From: Spirochaetota bacterium
GTDB taxonomy: Bacteria; Spirochaetota; Spirochaetia; DSM-27196; PWMO01
DNA: 38,481 nucleotides
Direction of reading: 5' to 3'
Assembly (NCBI GenBank): GCA_009908925.1
Contig: JAAAOH010000370.1
Coordinates: 1-38,481, forward strand
In this document: positions 26,785 to 35,099 of the stretch, piece by piece
How the letters are laid out: the number at the start of each line of letters is the position of its first letter
Numbering within the stretch: position 1 is the stretch's first letter
The notes under the pieces: generated by a model
What the model saw: the letters and a program-made list of their open reading frames with translations, nothing else
What the model was told of the DNA's origin: nothing
The model's database searches: none
Made by a program: the position numbers and the translations under genes

Positions 26785-28236
26785 TCAGCTGAGCACCGTG
26801 CGTTCGAGGTAGTCGGCGTACTCCGCGAGTTCCTTCAGGATCCGTTTGTCGGCGGCTGCCGTATCCACGCGAGAGAGGCGATTCTCCACCTCGCGGCGGA
26901 AGGTGCCGAAGTCGATAGCTCCTTCCGGTTCCGGGGTGAGCAGACGCCCGGCGCAGAAGCTCTTCCAGCGCGCGTATTCGGCCTCGGAGAGGCTTTCAGG
27001 GAAGTTGCGCGCAATGTAACGACGAAGCAATTCGGGGCCGCGCGGATCGTAGAGGGTGGGCGGGTTCTCCCTGAGCGTCTCCACCGGCGCCGTACGGATG
27101 AGCTCGAACTCCTCGCGGTCTTCGTCGGGAAAGAAATCACCTGAATAGATCTGAAGCTCGGGATCATTGTGCCGCGCCTTCGGCGGCGCGTCGTACACGC
27201 TGTAGACCTTCTGCAGCACCTCCGGTCGCGAGCTTATCAGTCTCGCGTGCTCGAGGCAGCGGTCGATGTCTATCTCGAGCGCCGCGGCCCGCTCGGCGGT
27301 GAGCGTCCCGAGCGGGGCGACGGCCGGCGAGCGGTTGATGTGCACACCCTTCAGCGGTATGCGCTCTCCCTCCTCGAGCTCCTCGCGCCGCGAGAACACC
27401 CGTCTGCGGATCTCGTCGGGCGGCAGGTCGAGCCAGTCCGACGGATCGCGCCTCAGATCATAGGTGATGACGACGTTGTTCTGCCGGGGATGGGCACTCA
27501 CCGGCAGGACGAGCGTTGTGCACCCCGCCGTCGAGGTGAACATTGCCGAGGTGTGAACCACCGCCGTGCTCTGTTGCAGGGAGAGCTGCCGTCGTACCTC
27601 GTCACGTTTCCTGAGCTTCCAGTAATAGTCAAAGAGCCGCGGCTGAGCCTCCCGCACGAGACGGGCCATCGCGATGGTCGCCCGCACGTCGGCGAGCGCG
27701 TCGTGGGCGCCTTCGTGCGGGATCCCGTTTGCCCGGGTGAGCTCTTCCAGCTTGAAGGACGGTTTCCCGTCCTCACCGCTCACCCACTCGATACCCTCGG
27801 GCCGAAGATCCCGGCACATGCGAAGCAGGTCGATGATATCCCAGCGGGCGTTTCCGTTTTCATACTCACGCCGGTAGGGATCGTAGAAGTTGCGGTAGAA
27901 GAGCGCGCGGACGAACTCGTCGTCGAAGCGGATCGTGTTGAATCCGACAGTTGTGGTGCCCGGTCGGATCATCTGTTCGTAGACGCCCGCCGCAAACTCG
28001 CGCTCGGTCAGGCCGGACTCGTTGGCCTTCTGGGGCGTGATGCCCGTTACGAGGCAGGCATCCGGATGCGGCAGGTAGTCGGGGGACAGGCGGCAGTAGG
28101 TCAGAACGGGCTCTTCGAGCTGCTCGAAGCGCTCATTTGTGCGTACCGCCGCGAACTGGGCGATGCGATCCCACTGAGGATGAGTGCCGAATGTCTCGAG
28201 GTCGTACCACAGGAGTGATGCGGGCATGATGTTCAC
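26785..28236 (-). CDS. sbcB: Exodeoxyribonuclease I
   Basis: LLWYDLETFGTHPQWDRIAQFAAVRTN...LPHPDACLVTGITPQ...GFNTIRFDDEF...HDALADV are the DEDDh exonuclease motifs, arranged as in E. coli SbcB. The length is also similar (483 aa). Confidence 0.9.
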   Translation of the reverse strand: MNIMPASLLWYDLETFGTHPQWDRIAQFAAVRTNERFEQLEEPVLTYCRLSPDYLPHPDACLVTGITPQKANESGLTEREFAAGVYEQMIRPGTTTVGFNTIRFDDEFVRALFYRNFYDPYRREYENGNARWDIIDLLRMCRDLRPEGIEWVSGEDGKPSFKLEELTRANGIPHEGAHDALADVRATIAMARLVREAQPRLFDYYWKLRKRDEVRRQLSLQQSTAVVHTSAMFTSTAGCTTLVLPVSAHPRQNNVVITYDLRRDPSDWLDLPPDEIRRRVFSRREELEEGERIPLKGVHINRSPAVAPLGTLTAERAAALEIDIDRCLEHARLISSRPEVLQKVYSVYDAPPKARHNDPELQIYSGDFFPDEDREEFELIRTAPVETLRENPPTLYDPRGPELLRRYIARNFPESLSEAEYARWKSFCAGRLLTPEPEGAIDFGTFRREVENRLSRVDTAAADKRILKELAEYADYLERTVLS

Positions 28237-28396
28237 CGGCGATCATAGGCCGCGTGAGCCCAGGGTTGCAAGCGGCCGCGACCGCGGGCAGCGCTACGGG
28301 CCGGCGACGCGCGGGATTCGCTCTGGGCAGCAGCTTTAATTCGCTCCGGGATGGTTGTGCTCTCCCCGTATTCTCAGCGAATGATGATCCTTGCCC

Positions 28397-28813
28397 ATGG
28401 AGAAATTCGTCCCGGGCGTTCAGGGGATCCTCGCCCGCAACATCAAGACCGCTCGCGGCAAGCTGGGCATCAGTCAACACACGCTCGCAGAGAAGGCGGA
28501 CCTGTCTCCCGGGCACATCAACGACATCGAGCAGGGCCGGAAATGGGTTTCGGCCGACGCCCTCGAGCGGCTCGCCGAGGCGCTCTTCCTCGAGCCCTTC
28601 ATGCTGCTTCTCCCGCCGGACTACTCCCGCGAGCTCGACGCCTTCTCGCTTCTGACCGAGTACGCCACCTCCGTTCGCGAACAGATCGACGGCGCACTCA
28701 ACTCGACCCTCCAGGAGGCGCTCAGCAGGCGGCCTGCACCGGAGGGCGAAGGCGGTGACGAGGCCGGTGACGAAGGCGGAGCTGAGGCCGGTAACGAGGG
28801 CGGGGACGCCTAG
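28397..28813 (+). CDS. XRE-family helix-turn-helix regulator with a repetitive acidic Gly-rich C-terminal tail
   Basis: ILARNIKTARGKLGISQHTLAEKADLSPGHINDIEQGRKWVSADALERLAEAL is a Cro/C1-type HTH. ATG at 28397 (the track begins at the TTG at 28391). Confidence 0.8.
   Translation: MEKFVPGVQGILARNIKTARGKLGISQHTLAEKADLSPGHINDIEQGRKWVSADALERLAEALFLEPFMLLLPPDYSRELDAFSLLTEYATSVREQIDGALNSTLQEALSRRPAPEGEGGDEAGDEGGAEAGNEGGDA
28754..28810 (+). repeat. Imperfect 12-nt (4-codon) tandem repeat encoding (G-x-E-x)n at the end of the XRE gene
   Basis: GGTGACGAGGCC / GGTGACGAAGGC / GGAGCTGAGGCC / GGTAACGAGGGC / GGGGACGCC, giving GDEA GDEG GAEA GNEG GDA, then the TAG stop. Confidence 0.7.
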
Positions 28814-28823
28814 GCGGGGTCCG

Positions 28824-29303
28824 CTATCCTCGTGGAACAAGCAGCCACACACCCAGTCCCATACAGATCAGGCCGATGATCCTCCGAATATCGATTGTAA
28901 CCGTTATCGCCCCGGCTCCCGCTGAATCGATGAGCGTGCCGACGAGAAGTTGCGTCATAATAATCGCCGAGAGCCCCGCGGTTACGCCGACTCCCTGCAC
29001 CGAGTACGCGACGCCGGTGACGATGGCTATTCCGAGCCAGCCGGCAACGAGGGTCATGAGGAGCACTCGCGGCACCTGTGCAGCGGGTGCACCGAGAGCG
29101 GTCACTCCGTCATCCCTCGCGAAGAGAGCCAGAACTATGAGAATGAGAATCGATGTCGCTCCGCCTGCGAGATTCACCAGCAGCCCTGTTCGAAACGAGC
29201 CCACAATCTCTCCTGCGCGCCCCGCGAGGGTCGATTGGAGAGCAATGGCGGTTCCGCTCATCAGTGCTGCGGCGACGGCCAGTAGGATACGTGTTGTGCT
29301 CAC
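28824..29303 (-). CDS. DUF606/YdcZ-like (DMT superfamily) small membrane protein
   Basis: About 160 aa with 5 hydrophobic helices. ILLAVAAALMSGTAIALQSTLAGRAGEIVGSFRTGLLVNLAGGA resembles the YdcZ family. I suggest a GTG start at 29303, because the track's N-terminal 48 aa are Ser/Pro-rich and non-membrane. Confidence 0.6.
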   Translation of the reverse strand: MSTTRILLAVAAALMSGTAIALQSTLAGRAGEIVGSFRTGLLVNLAGGATSILILIVLALFARDDGVTALGAPAAQVPRVLLMTLVAGWLGIAIVTGVAYSVQGVGVTAGLSAIIMTQLLVGTLIDSAGAGAITVTIDIRRIIGLICMGLGVWLLVPRG

Positions 29304-29391
29304 CGGGCTACGGTAGCGTAGCGGTCGCGCCCGTGTCCAGCTATCGCTTGGTACGGTTGCAAATCCCGGCGATATAGTTGGATGATGGAGC

Positions 29392-30159
29392 GTGAGTAAG
29401 TTGTTTGAGGAGCTGGACCACTCCGATACCTCGCTGGGGGAGCTCATTCTCCGCCGCCGTCGCTATGTCGGGCTGGACGCGGAGGTCTACGAGCTGAAAC
29501 TCGGAGACGATTTCCTGATGTCCAGTCTTTTTACCGCATCGGAGGAGGCTCTGGGACGCCTGGGGGTTCAGCACGCTTGTCGAAACAGGGCCGGCGCCGA
29601 GGGAACGGGCGCGGATGATGCGAAGAACGGGGGGGTCGACGTGGTGGTCGGTGGCCTCGGCCTCGGCTACACCGCAGCGGCCGTCCTGGAGAGTCAGGCC
29701 GTGCGCTCACTTCTGGTGGTAGAGTATCTCGAGCCTGTTATCGAGTGGCACCGCCGCGGGATGCTTCCCGTCTCCGCCACACTGACCGGCGATGAGCGCT
29801 TCCGGATCGTCTCGTCCGACTTCTTCGCGTCTGCCTTTTCCGAGGTAGGGTTCGCCCCCTCGCGGCCCGGTCGTCGATTCGACGCCGTCCTCTGCGACAT
29901 CGACCACAGTCCCGATGCGTGGCTCGATCCCGCCAACGACTCCCTCTATCAGGTGCAGGGGCTACGGAGTCTGAAACGTCATCTGCGGCCCGGCGGGGTG
30001 TTCGGCCTCTGGTCCAACGATCCGCCGGACGGGAATTTCAGGGGCCGAATGGCCACCGCGTTCGCCGCGGAGTGGGCGGAGCCGGTGGCGTTCCACAACC
30101 CCCTTCAGAACCGTGAGGTAACTCAGACCGTGTACATCGGGGTGCGTGAGGCGGAGTAA
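29392..30159 (+). CDS. Spermidine-synthase-like SAM-dependent methyltransferase-fold protein
   Basis: VDVVVGGLGLGYTAAAVL is a glycine-rich SAM/dcSAM motif. FDAVLCDIDHSP and LRPGGVFGLWSN match the SpeE-like fold. GTG start at 29392 with GGAG upstream. Confidence 0.65.
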   Translation: MSKLFEELDHSDTSLGELILRRRRYVGLDAEVYELKLGDDFLMSSLFTASEEALGRLGVQHACRNRAGAEGTGADDAKNGGVDVVVGGLGLGYTAAAVLESQAVRSLLVVEYLEPVIEWHRRGMLPVSATLTGDERFRIVSSDFFASAFSEVGFAPSRPGRRFDAVLCDIDHSPDAWLDPANDSLYQVQGLRSLKRHLRPGGVFGLWSNDPPDGNFRGRMATAFAAEWAEPVAFHNPLQNREVTQTVYIGVREAE

Positions 30160-30160
30160 T

Positions 30161-31618
30161 ATGACCGACGCCACCGTAATCTACCCGCACCAGCTGTTCT
30201 CCGATCACCCGACCATTGCCTCAGGCCGGCGCGTTTACCTCGTTGAAGAGCCGCTCCTTCTGACACACAACCCGATTCACCGCCAGAAGCTCATCTTCCA
30301 TAAACTGAGTCTCGATGCCTACGAGCGATCGTTACGCAACGCGGGACACGAGGTAAGGCGACTCACGATCGCGGAGCATCCGAACAGTGCGGCAGTCTTT
30401 GTTCGTCTCACCAACGACGGCGTGAGACGGATGCACATCGCGGACACAACCGACGATTACCTCGAGCAGGCAATCGGCGACAGCGGCATCGCGCGCATAT
30501 GGTACGAATCGCCGTTGTTTCTCACCTCGCGCGCTGACGCTACTGAACGGTACAGGAACAGCAAGCGTTTCATGGCGACGTTCTACAAGCGACTGCGCCG
30601 GGATCGAAACATCCTGATCGACGAGCACGACGAGCCCGTCGGCGGACAATGGAGCTTCGATACCGATAACCGCAAGGCGCTGCCGGCGGACTATCCGCTA
30701 CCCGACGATCTGCGACACTTCGGCAACGGGGAAACCGCTGCGGCGGAAGCGTGGGCGCGAAACGTCGATGCCGAGCAGTATGGTGAGCCCGGATGCTGGT
30801 TGCCCTACACCCACGATGGTGCGCGAACCTGGCTCAGCAACTTCCTCGCCGAGCGCCTTGCCGACTTCGGCCCCTACGAGGACGCGCTGAGCACACGGGG
30901 CGTGCGACTCTTCCACAGTGCGCTGTCACCCCTTCTGAACGCGGGACTCCTTACCCCCGCGGAAGTATTGGATGCCGCGCTCGAATACGGCGCGAACCAC
31001 AACGTGGCGCTCAATTCGCTCGAAGGGTTCGTGCGTCAGATACTGGGCTGGCGCGAGTTCATCCGCGCGGCGTACGAGTGCGACGGCCGCGCCATGCGAA
31101 GCAGAAACTTCTGGAAGCACGGGCGGACGCTTCCCGATCATTTCTGGCGCGCTACCACCGGCATCGTCCCGGTCGATCACGTGATCACCACGGCGCTCGC
31201 CCACGGGTACACGCACCACATCGAGCGCCTCATGGTGATGGGCAACTTCATGTTGCTGAGCCGCCTGCACCCTGCCGAGGTATACCGCTGGTTCATGGGG
31301 ATGTATGTCGATGCCTACGATTGGGTGATGGTCCCCAACGTCTACGGCATGAGCCAGTTTGCAGACGGCGGCCGATTTGCCACCAAGCCGTATATAAGTG
31401 GCGCGAACTACCTGAGAAAGATGAGTGATTTTCCGCGCGGCGACTGGGAGGCCACCTGGACTGCGCTGTACTGGAGCTTCATTGCCGCGCACAACGAGTT
31501 TTTCAGGAGCAACCACCGGCTCGCTATGATGCCCCGCCTGCTCGACCGCATGAACGAGGCGACCAGATCCGCCCATCTCGCACGCGCCCGGGAGTTTCTG
31601 CAGGGCCTTGACCGATAG
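30161..31618 (+). CDS. Cryptochrome/photolyase-family protein of the FeS-BCP / CryPro (COG3046, PhrB/CryB-like) lineage
   Basis: VIYPHQLF...LVEEP...HRQKLIF is the typical COG3046 N-terminus. LSPLLNAGLLTP, GYTHHIERLMVMGNF, VPNVYGMSQFADGG...KPYISGANYLRKMSDF match PhrB/CryB-type blocks as I remember them. The ATG at 30161 is 1 nt after the upstream stop. Confidence 0.8.
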   Translation: MTDATVIYPHQLFSDHPTIASGRRVYLVEEPLLLTHNPIHRQKLIFHKLSLDAYERSLRNAGHEVRRLTIAEHPNSAAVFVRLTNDGVRRMHIADTTDDYLEQAIGDSGIARIWYESPLFLTSRADATERYRNSKRFMATFYKRLRRDRNILIDEHDEPVGGQWSFDTDNRKALPADYPLPDDLRHFGNGETAAAEAWARNVDAEQYGEPGCWLPYTHDGARTWLSNFLAERLADFGPYEDALSTRGVRLFHSALSPLLNAGLLTPAEVLDAALEYGANHNVALNSLEGFVRQILGWREFIRAAYECDGRAMRSRNFWKHGRTLPDHFWRATTGIVPVDHVITTALAHGYTHHIERLMVMGNFMLLSRLHPAEVYRWFMGMYVDAYDWVMVPNVYGMSQFADGGRFATKPYISGANYLRKMSDFPRGDWEATWTALYWSFIAAHNEFFRSNHRLAMMPRLLDRMNEATRSAHLARAREFLQGLDR

Positions 31619-31723
31619 AGGGGGCTCCCGACGGAGTGTCGCCCTCGAAGGCACGTTGTCTTTCATGCAATTCTCACCGGAATCTCATCGAAACTGCACG
31701 GACCGGCACTATCGTCCTTACCC

Positions 31724-32737
31724 ATGCAAACCCTGGTCTTTTCGTGTACCGGAGAGGGGATGGGACATGCAGCGCGGGTTGCAGCGCTCGCCTCGGAGCT
31801 TTCCGCGCGCTATCGGATCGTGATACTGGCGCCGCGGAACCGCCACCCGTTTCTCCGAAGCCACGTACCCGGGGCGACACTGCACGACATCCCCTACTTC
31901 GCGTTCGTGAAGAAGAACGAACGGGTGGAATACGTGCGGACGCTCATCCACAACCTCGACAAGCTGCTCCGATTCCACATCACCGTCCGTCGTATGTCCC
32001 GTCTGCTCGAGCGGCTAGGGCCGGCGGCGTGCATTTCCGACTATGACCCCTTCGTCGGGTTTGCCGCCCGCCGCCTCAGGATTCCGGTACTGCAGCTCAA
32101 CCACCCCTCCATCGTGCTGCGCAGCGCCTCCCTGAGCTTTCAGGCGATCACCGCCAAGCTTCTCTCGTGGTTTCTCATGGGCTACCACGACAAACGGGTG
32201 CTGTGCTCCTTCTACAACGGAGATGTGGGGCCGATCGTCCGCAGATCGCTCACGCAGCAATCGACCGGCCGAGAGGAGTTCTTTGTCGTCTATCTGAAAC
32301 CCTCGTACCGGCGGGTGGTCACCAGGAAGCTTCGGGAGCTCGGCATTACCAACGTGGAGATATTCCCGGATCAGAAGAAAGATTTCGTTTCGGCCATGGC
32401 ACGCTGCAAAGGGGTGATTTCGAGCGCGGGGCACCAACTCATGAGCGAAGCCATCGTGCTCGGCAAACCCGCCTTCGTCATACCGCAGCGGCAACAGTTC
32501 GAGCAGTATCTCAACGCCAGAATGCTCGAGCGAAGTGGCTACGGCACCTGGACGCAGCTTCGGAACCTGGATGAAAGTCTCTCGCGATTCATCAGCGAAA
32601 TAGACTTCTACCCCCGGTTCCCGCAAGCGGGGCAGGTTCACTTTTCCTTCCGAAACGAGCTCGACCGTGCCGTGAGCATCATCGATGACTTCGTCGCCCG
32701 TCGAAGTCACACAGGGGTTGGACACGTAGCGGCCTAA
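31724..32737 (+). CDS. Glycosyltransferase (MGT/GT28-like, TIGR00661-type)
   Basis: FSCTGEGMGHAARVAALASEL is the G-x-G-H motif of MurG/UDP-glycosyltransferase-like enzymes. The C-terminal half has GVISSAGHQLMSEAIVLGKPAFVIPQ, a nucleotide-sugar binding block. Confidence 0.7.
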   Translation: MQTLVFSCTGEGMGHAARVAALASELSARYRIVILAPRNRHPFLRSHVPGATLHDIPYFAFVKKNERVEYVRTLIHNLDKLLRFHITVRRMSRLLERLGPAACISDYDPFVGFAARRLRIPVLQLNHPSIVLRSASLSFQAITAKLLSWFLMGYHDKRVLCSFYNGDVGPIVRRSLTQQSTGREEFFVVYLKPSYRRVVTRKLRELGITNVEIFPDQKKDFVSAMARCKGVISSAGHQLMSEAIVLGKPAFVIPQRQQFEQYLNARMLERSGYGTWTQLRNLDESLSRFISEIDFYPRFPQAGQVHFSFRNELDRAVSIIDDFVARRSHTGVGHVAA

Positions 32738-32756
32738 CACGTGCTACCGTAGCTCC

Positions 32757-34310
32757 ATGCTGCATCGACAGGGCTGCGTGCCGGTCCGGAAGATAGACGA
32801 GCGCTTTCTCTCGGTCACGCTGGACTATGCCTGCCTGCTTGGCGCACCCTGGTGGGAGGGTACGCGGCGGACGAAACACTCCTTCGGCGACGTACCGGCA
32901 ACACCCGTAGACCTCCAGAATCAGGCGCTTCGCCGCTACGCGCGCATGCTCGCACCTGCATATCTGCGTCTGGGTGGCTCCGAGTCGGACCGGGTCTTCT
33001 ATGCGTTCGGCGATCGGTCGACAGGCGGTGCGCGCGATGATGCACGGGCCCCGGGATACCGCTCAGAGCTGACCGTCGAGCGGTGGGACGAGTTGTGCGA
33101 GTTTGCCGAGGCCACCGGTCTCGAGCTCATGGTGACGTTGAACGCCGGCGCCGGACCGCGCAGACGCGACGACAGCTGGGATCCGGGAAATGCACGGGCC
33201 CTCGTTGCCCACGCCGTCGAACGCCGTCAGCCGGTGACGGCCTGGGGGCTCGGAAACGAGGTGAACGGCTTCGTGTTCATACACGGTCTCTCCAGCCACG
33301 TTTCGGCCCGTCAGTACGCCGCGGATTTCGCGGTGTTCGACGCGATGATCAGGGAGCTCGATCCCACCGCGCGAACGGCCGGACCGGCCAGCGCATTTTG
33401 GCCGTTGCTCGGAGAAACCCTGCCTCTGATGAGGTGTTTCGTGAGGTACGCCCGACGAGCTCCGGACGTGCTCACCTGGCACTACTATCCCCAGCAGTCC
33501 TCACGAGGCGTCATCGCCACCAGACGAGCCGACCCCTTCGCGATTCTCAAGCCGCATCGTCTCGACACCGCGGCCCGCTGGGCACGGCGCGTCTCCGGTC
33601 ATGCCCGTCGCCTGCAGCGGCACGCGGCGAGCCGCGGGGACGAAGGCGGCGAAGGCGGCGACGGCAGCGACGGCGAGAGGCCGGAGATCTGGCTGGGCGA
33701 GACGGGGCACGCGTTGTACGGCGGTGAGAGAGGAGTCTCCGACCGGTTCGTCGCAGGACTCTGGTGGATGGACCAGCTCGGACTGATGGCGCGCAGCGGC
33801 GTGCGAGCGGTCATGCGCCAGAGTCTTGTCGGCGGTGACTACGGGCTGCTCCACCCGCGCTCGCTCGAGCCGCGCCCGGACTACTGGGGATCGCTGCTCT
33901 GGAAGGCGCTGATGGGGGAGGACGTGTATGCTCTCGAGGTACAGCTCGGTCGGACTCACCGCGGCCGGCGCCACCGCGGCCGGTGCTGCCGCGGTCCGAA
34001 TCTTCGTGTTTACGCGCACGGAGCGCGGCACCGCCCGGGAGCGGTCAGCGTGCTCATCATAAATCTCGACCGTCGGGCCGCGGCTCCGGTGACCATCGAC
34101 GCCGATTCCCTGGGGTTCGAACCCCAGTACCTGGAGCTATTCAGGGTCGAGGCGCCCAGGCCGCTGTCCGCAGCCCTTTGTATCAACGGCATCGAGCCCG
34201 AGTTGGGTGCGACACCCGGCGCGCCGCCCGCGAAACCGGTTATTCACGATCCTCTTGAGGAAGTGGTGGTGGCGCCTTTGAGCTACTGTTTCGTCGTGGC
34301 GAGTGGGTAG
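32757..34310 (+). CDS. Glycoside hydrolase family 79 (heparanase/beta-glucuronidase-like), no signal peptide
   Basis: WGLGNEVNGF has the acid/base Glu in GNE. LTWHYYPQ is present. IWLGETGHALYGGERGVSDRFVAGLWWMDQLGLMARSGVRAVMRQSLVGGDYGLL...RPDYWGSLLWKALMG has the nucleophile Glu in LGET. These align block for block with my recollection of human heparanase (WELGNEPN, VTWHHYY, VWLGETSSAYGGG...FMWLDKLGL...VVMRQ...PDYWLSLLFKKLVG). Confidence 0.8.
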   Translation: MLHRQGCVPVRKIDERFLSVTLDYACLLGAPWWEGTRRTKHSFGDVPATPVDLQNQALRRYARMLAPAYLRLGGSESDRVFYAFGDRSTGGARDDARAPGYRSELTVERWDELCEFAEATGLELMVTLNAGAGPRRRDDSWDPGNARALVAHAVERRQPVTAWGLGNEVNGFVFIHGLSSHVSARQYAADFAVFDAMIRELDPTARTAGPASAFWPLLGETLPLMRCFVRYARRAPDVLTWHYYPQQSSRGVIATRRADPFAILKPHRLDTAARWARRVSGHARRLQRHAASRGDEGGEGGDGSDGERPEIWLGETGHALYGGERGVSDRFVAGLWWMDQLGLMARSGVRAVMRQSLVGGDYGLLHPRSLEPRPDYWGSLLWKALMGEDVYALEVQLGRTHRGRRHRGRCCRGPNLRVYAHGARHRPGAVSVLIINLDRRAAAPVTIDADSLGFEPQYLELFRVEAPRPLSAALCINGIEPELGATPGAPPAKPVIHDPLEEVVVAPLSYCFVVASG

Positions 34311-34327
34311 CAGGCGATCCAGGTCTA

Positions 34328-34996
34328 CTAATCAGGTTCCAATCCGAGCTCAACCGCGTATACCAGGCGAGTTATCTCGTGTAGCTCTCGTTCTATTGGT
34401 TCTTGTTTCGCCTGCAGATTTAGTCTTTCGTCTATCTGTTTTCGAAGCGCTTCCGCCTTTTCTGTTCCGACTTTGTCCAGATAGATATAGTCGGTATTCC
34501 AGCGCCGTTTCACCGATAGCGACCCTTTCGGAAGTTGTTCGATTTGAGCCGATATAGATGATTGGAGAGCATTTAGACGCTGTCTCTCCTGCTGTAGCAG
34601 GAGATAGACAAACTTCGCAAACTCCGAACTCCACGAGGGTGCAGTTGCCCCTGCGACCAAGTTGGTTAGGAGTCCGCCGTCTGAGTAGACACCAAAGTGC
34701 TCTATCAATCGTTTCTCAACGCCGATAGCTTCGGCGCTCGTCATTCCCTCCTCCACCTTAACGACGTAGGGTAAACACCCTTCTGCCAATACATAACGGA
34801 TTTGGTCCACCTTTGCACTGTTGGTGATCGGTAGCCGACCCTCGGCCTCCTTCAGGTGGGCGTCTGCGCGATTCCCTTCACCTTTCCCGATGTAGAATGG
34901 ACGAAATTCAAAGTGGTATTGCCCTCAGCTGTATTCACCCGGCTCCACAGGGTTTAGATAGGCGTAGACGTAGAACTTTCTTGAATCGTACCTCAT
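34328..34996 (-). pseudogene. GIY-YIG nuclease-family gene interrupted by an in-frame TGA at codon 24
   Basis: My translation from the ATG at 34996 is MRYDSRKFYVYAYLNPVEPGEYS*GQYHFEFRPFYIGKGEGNRADAHLKEAEG...VDQIRYVL... It continues in the same frame into the track ORF 34328-34810. FYVYAYLNP and PFYIGKGEGNR are the GIY and YIG motifs, and VEKRLIEHFG carries the conserved Glu. The stop is TGA at 34925-34927 (minus strand). The region is visibly lower in GC than its flanks. Confidence 0.65.
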
Positions 34997-35099
34997 GGCC
35001 CCCACCATGCGAGGACAAAGCTAATGTCAAACTATCGCTCCAAGGTGGCTACTGCAAGTACGTGCGTCCTTTGCACTCGGGACATCCCACCGCAGTCAC

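Noticed and set aside
27169-28218. 349-aa plus-strand ORF
   Set aside because: It is antisense to sbcB.
28133-28852. 239-aa minus-strand ORF spanning the XRE gene
   Set aside because: The plus-strand HTH motif is clear. The minus-strand product has no motif and bridges two intergenic regions.
34925-34927. TGA as selenocysteine or recoded sense codon in the GIY-YIG gene
   Set aside because: TGA clearly terminates other genes in this window, for example the kinase, the AKR and the membrane SpeE-like gene. I saw no SECIS-like hairpin immediately downstream. A nonsense mutation or sequencing error is simpler.
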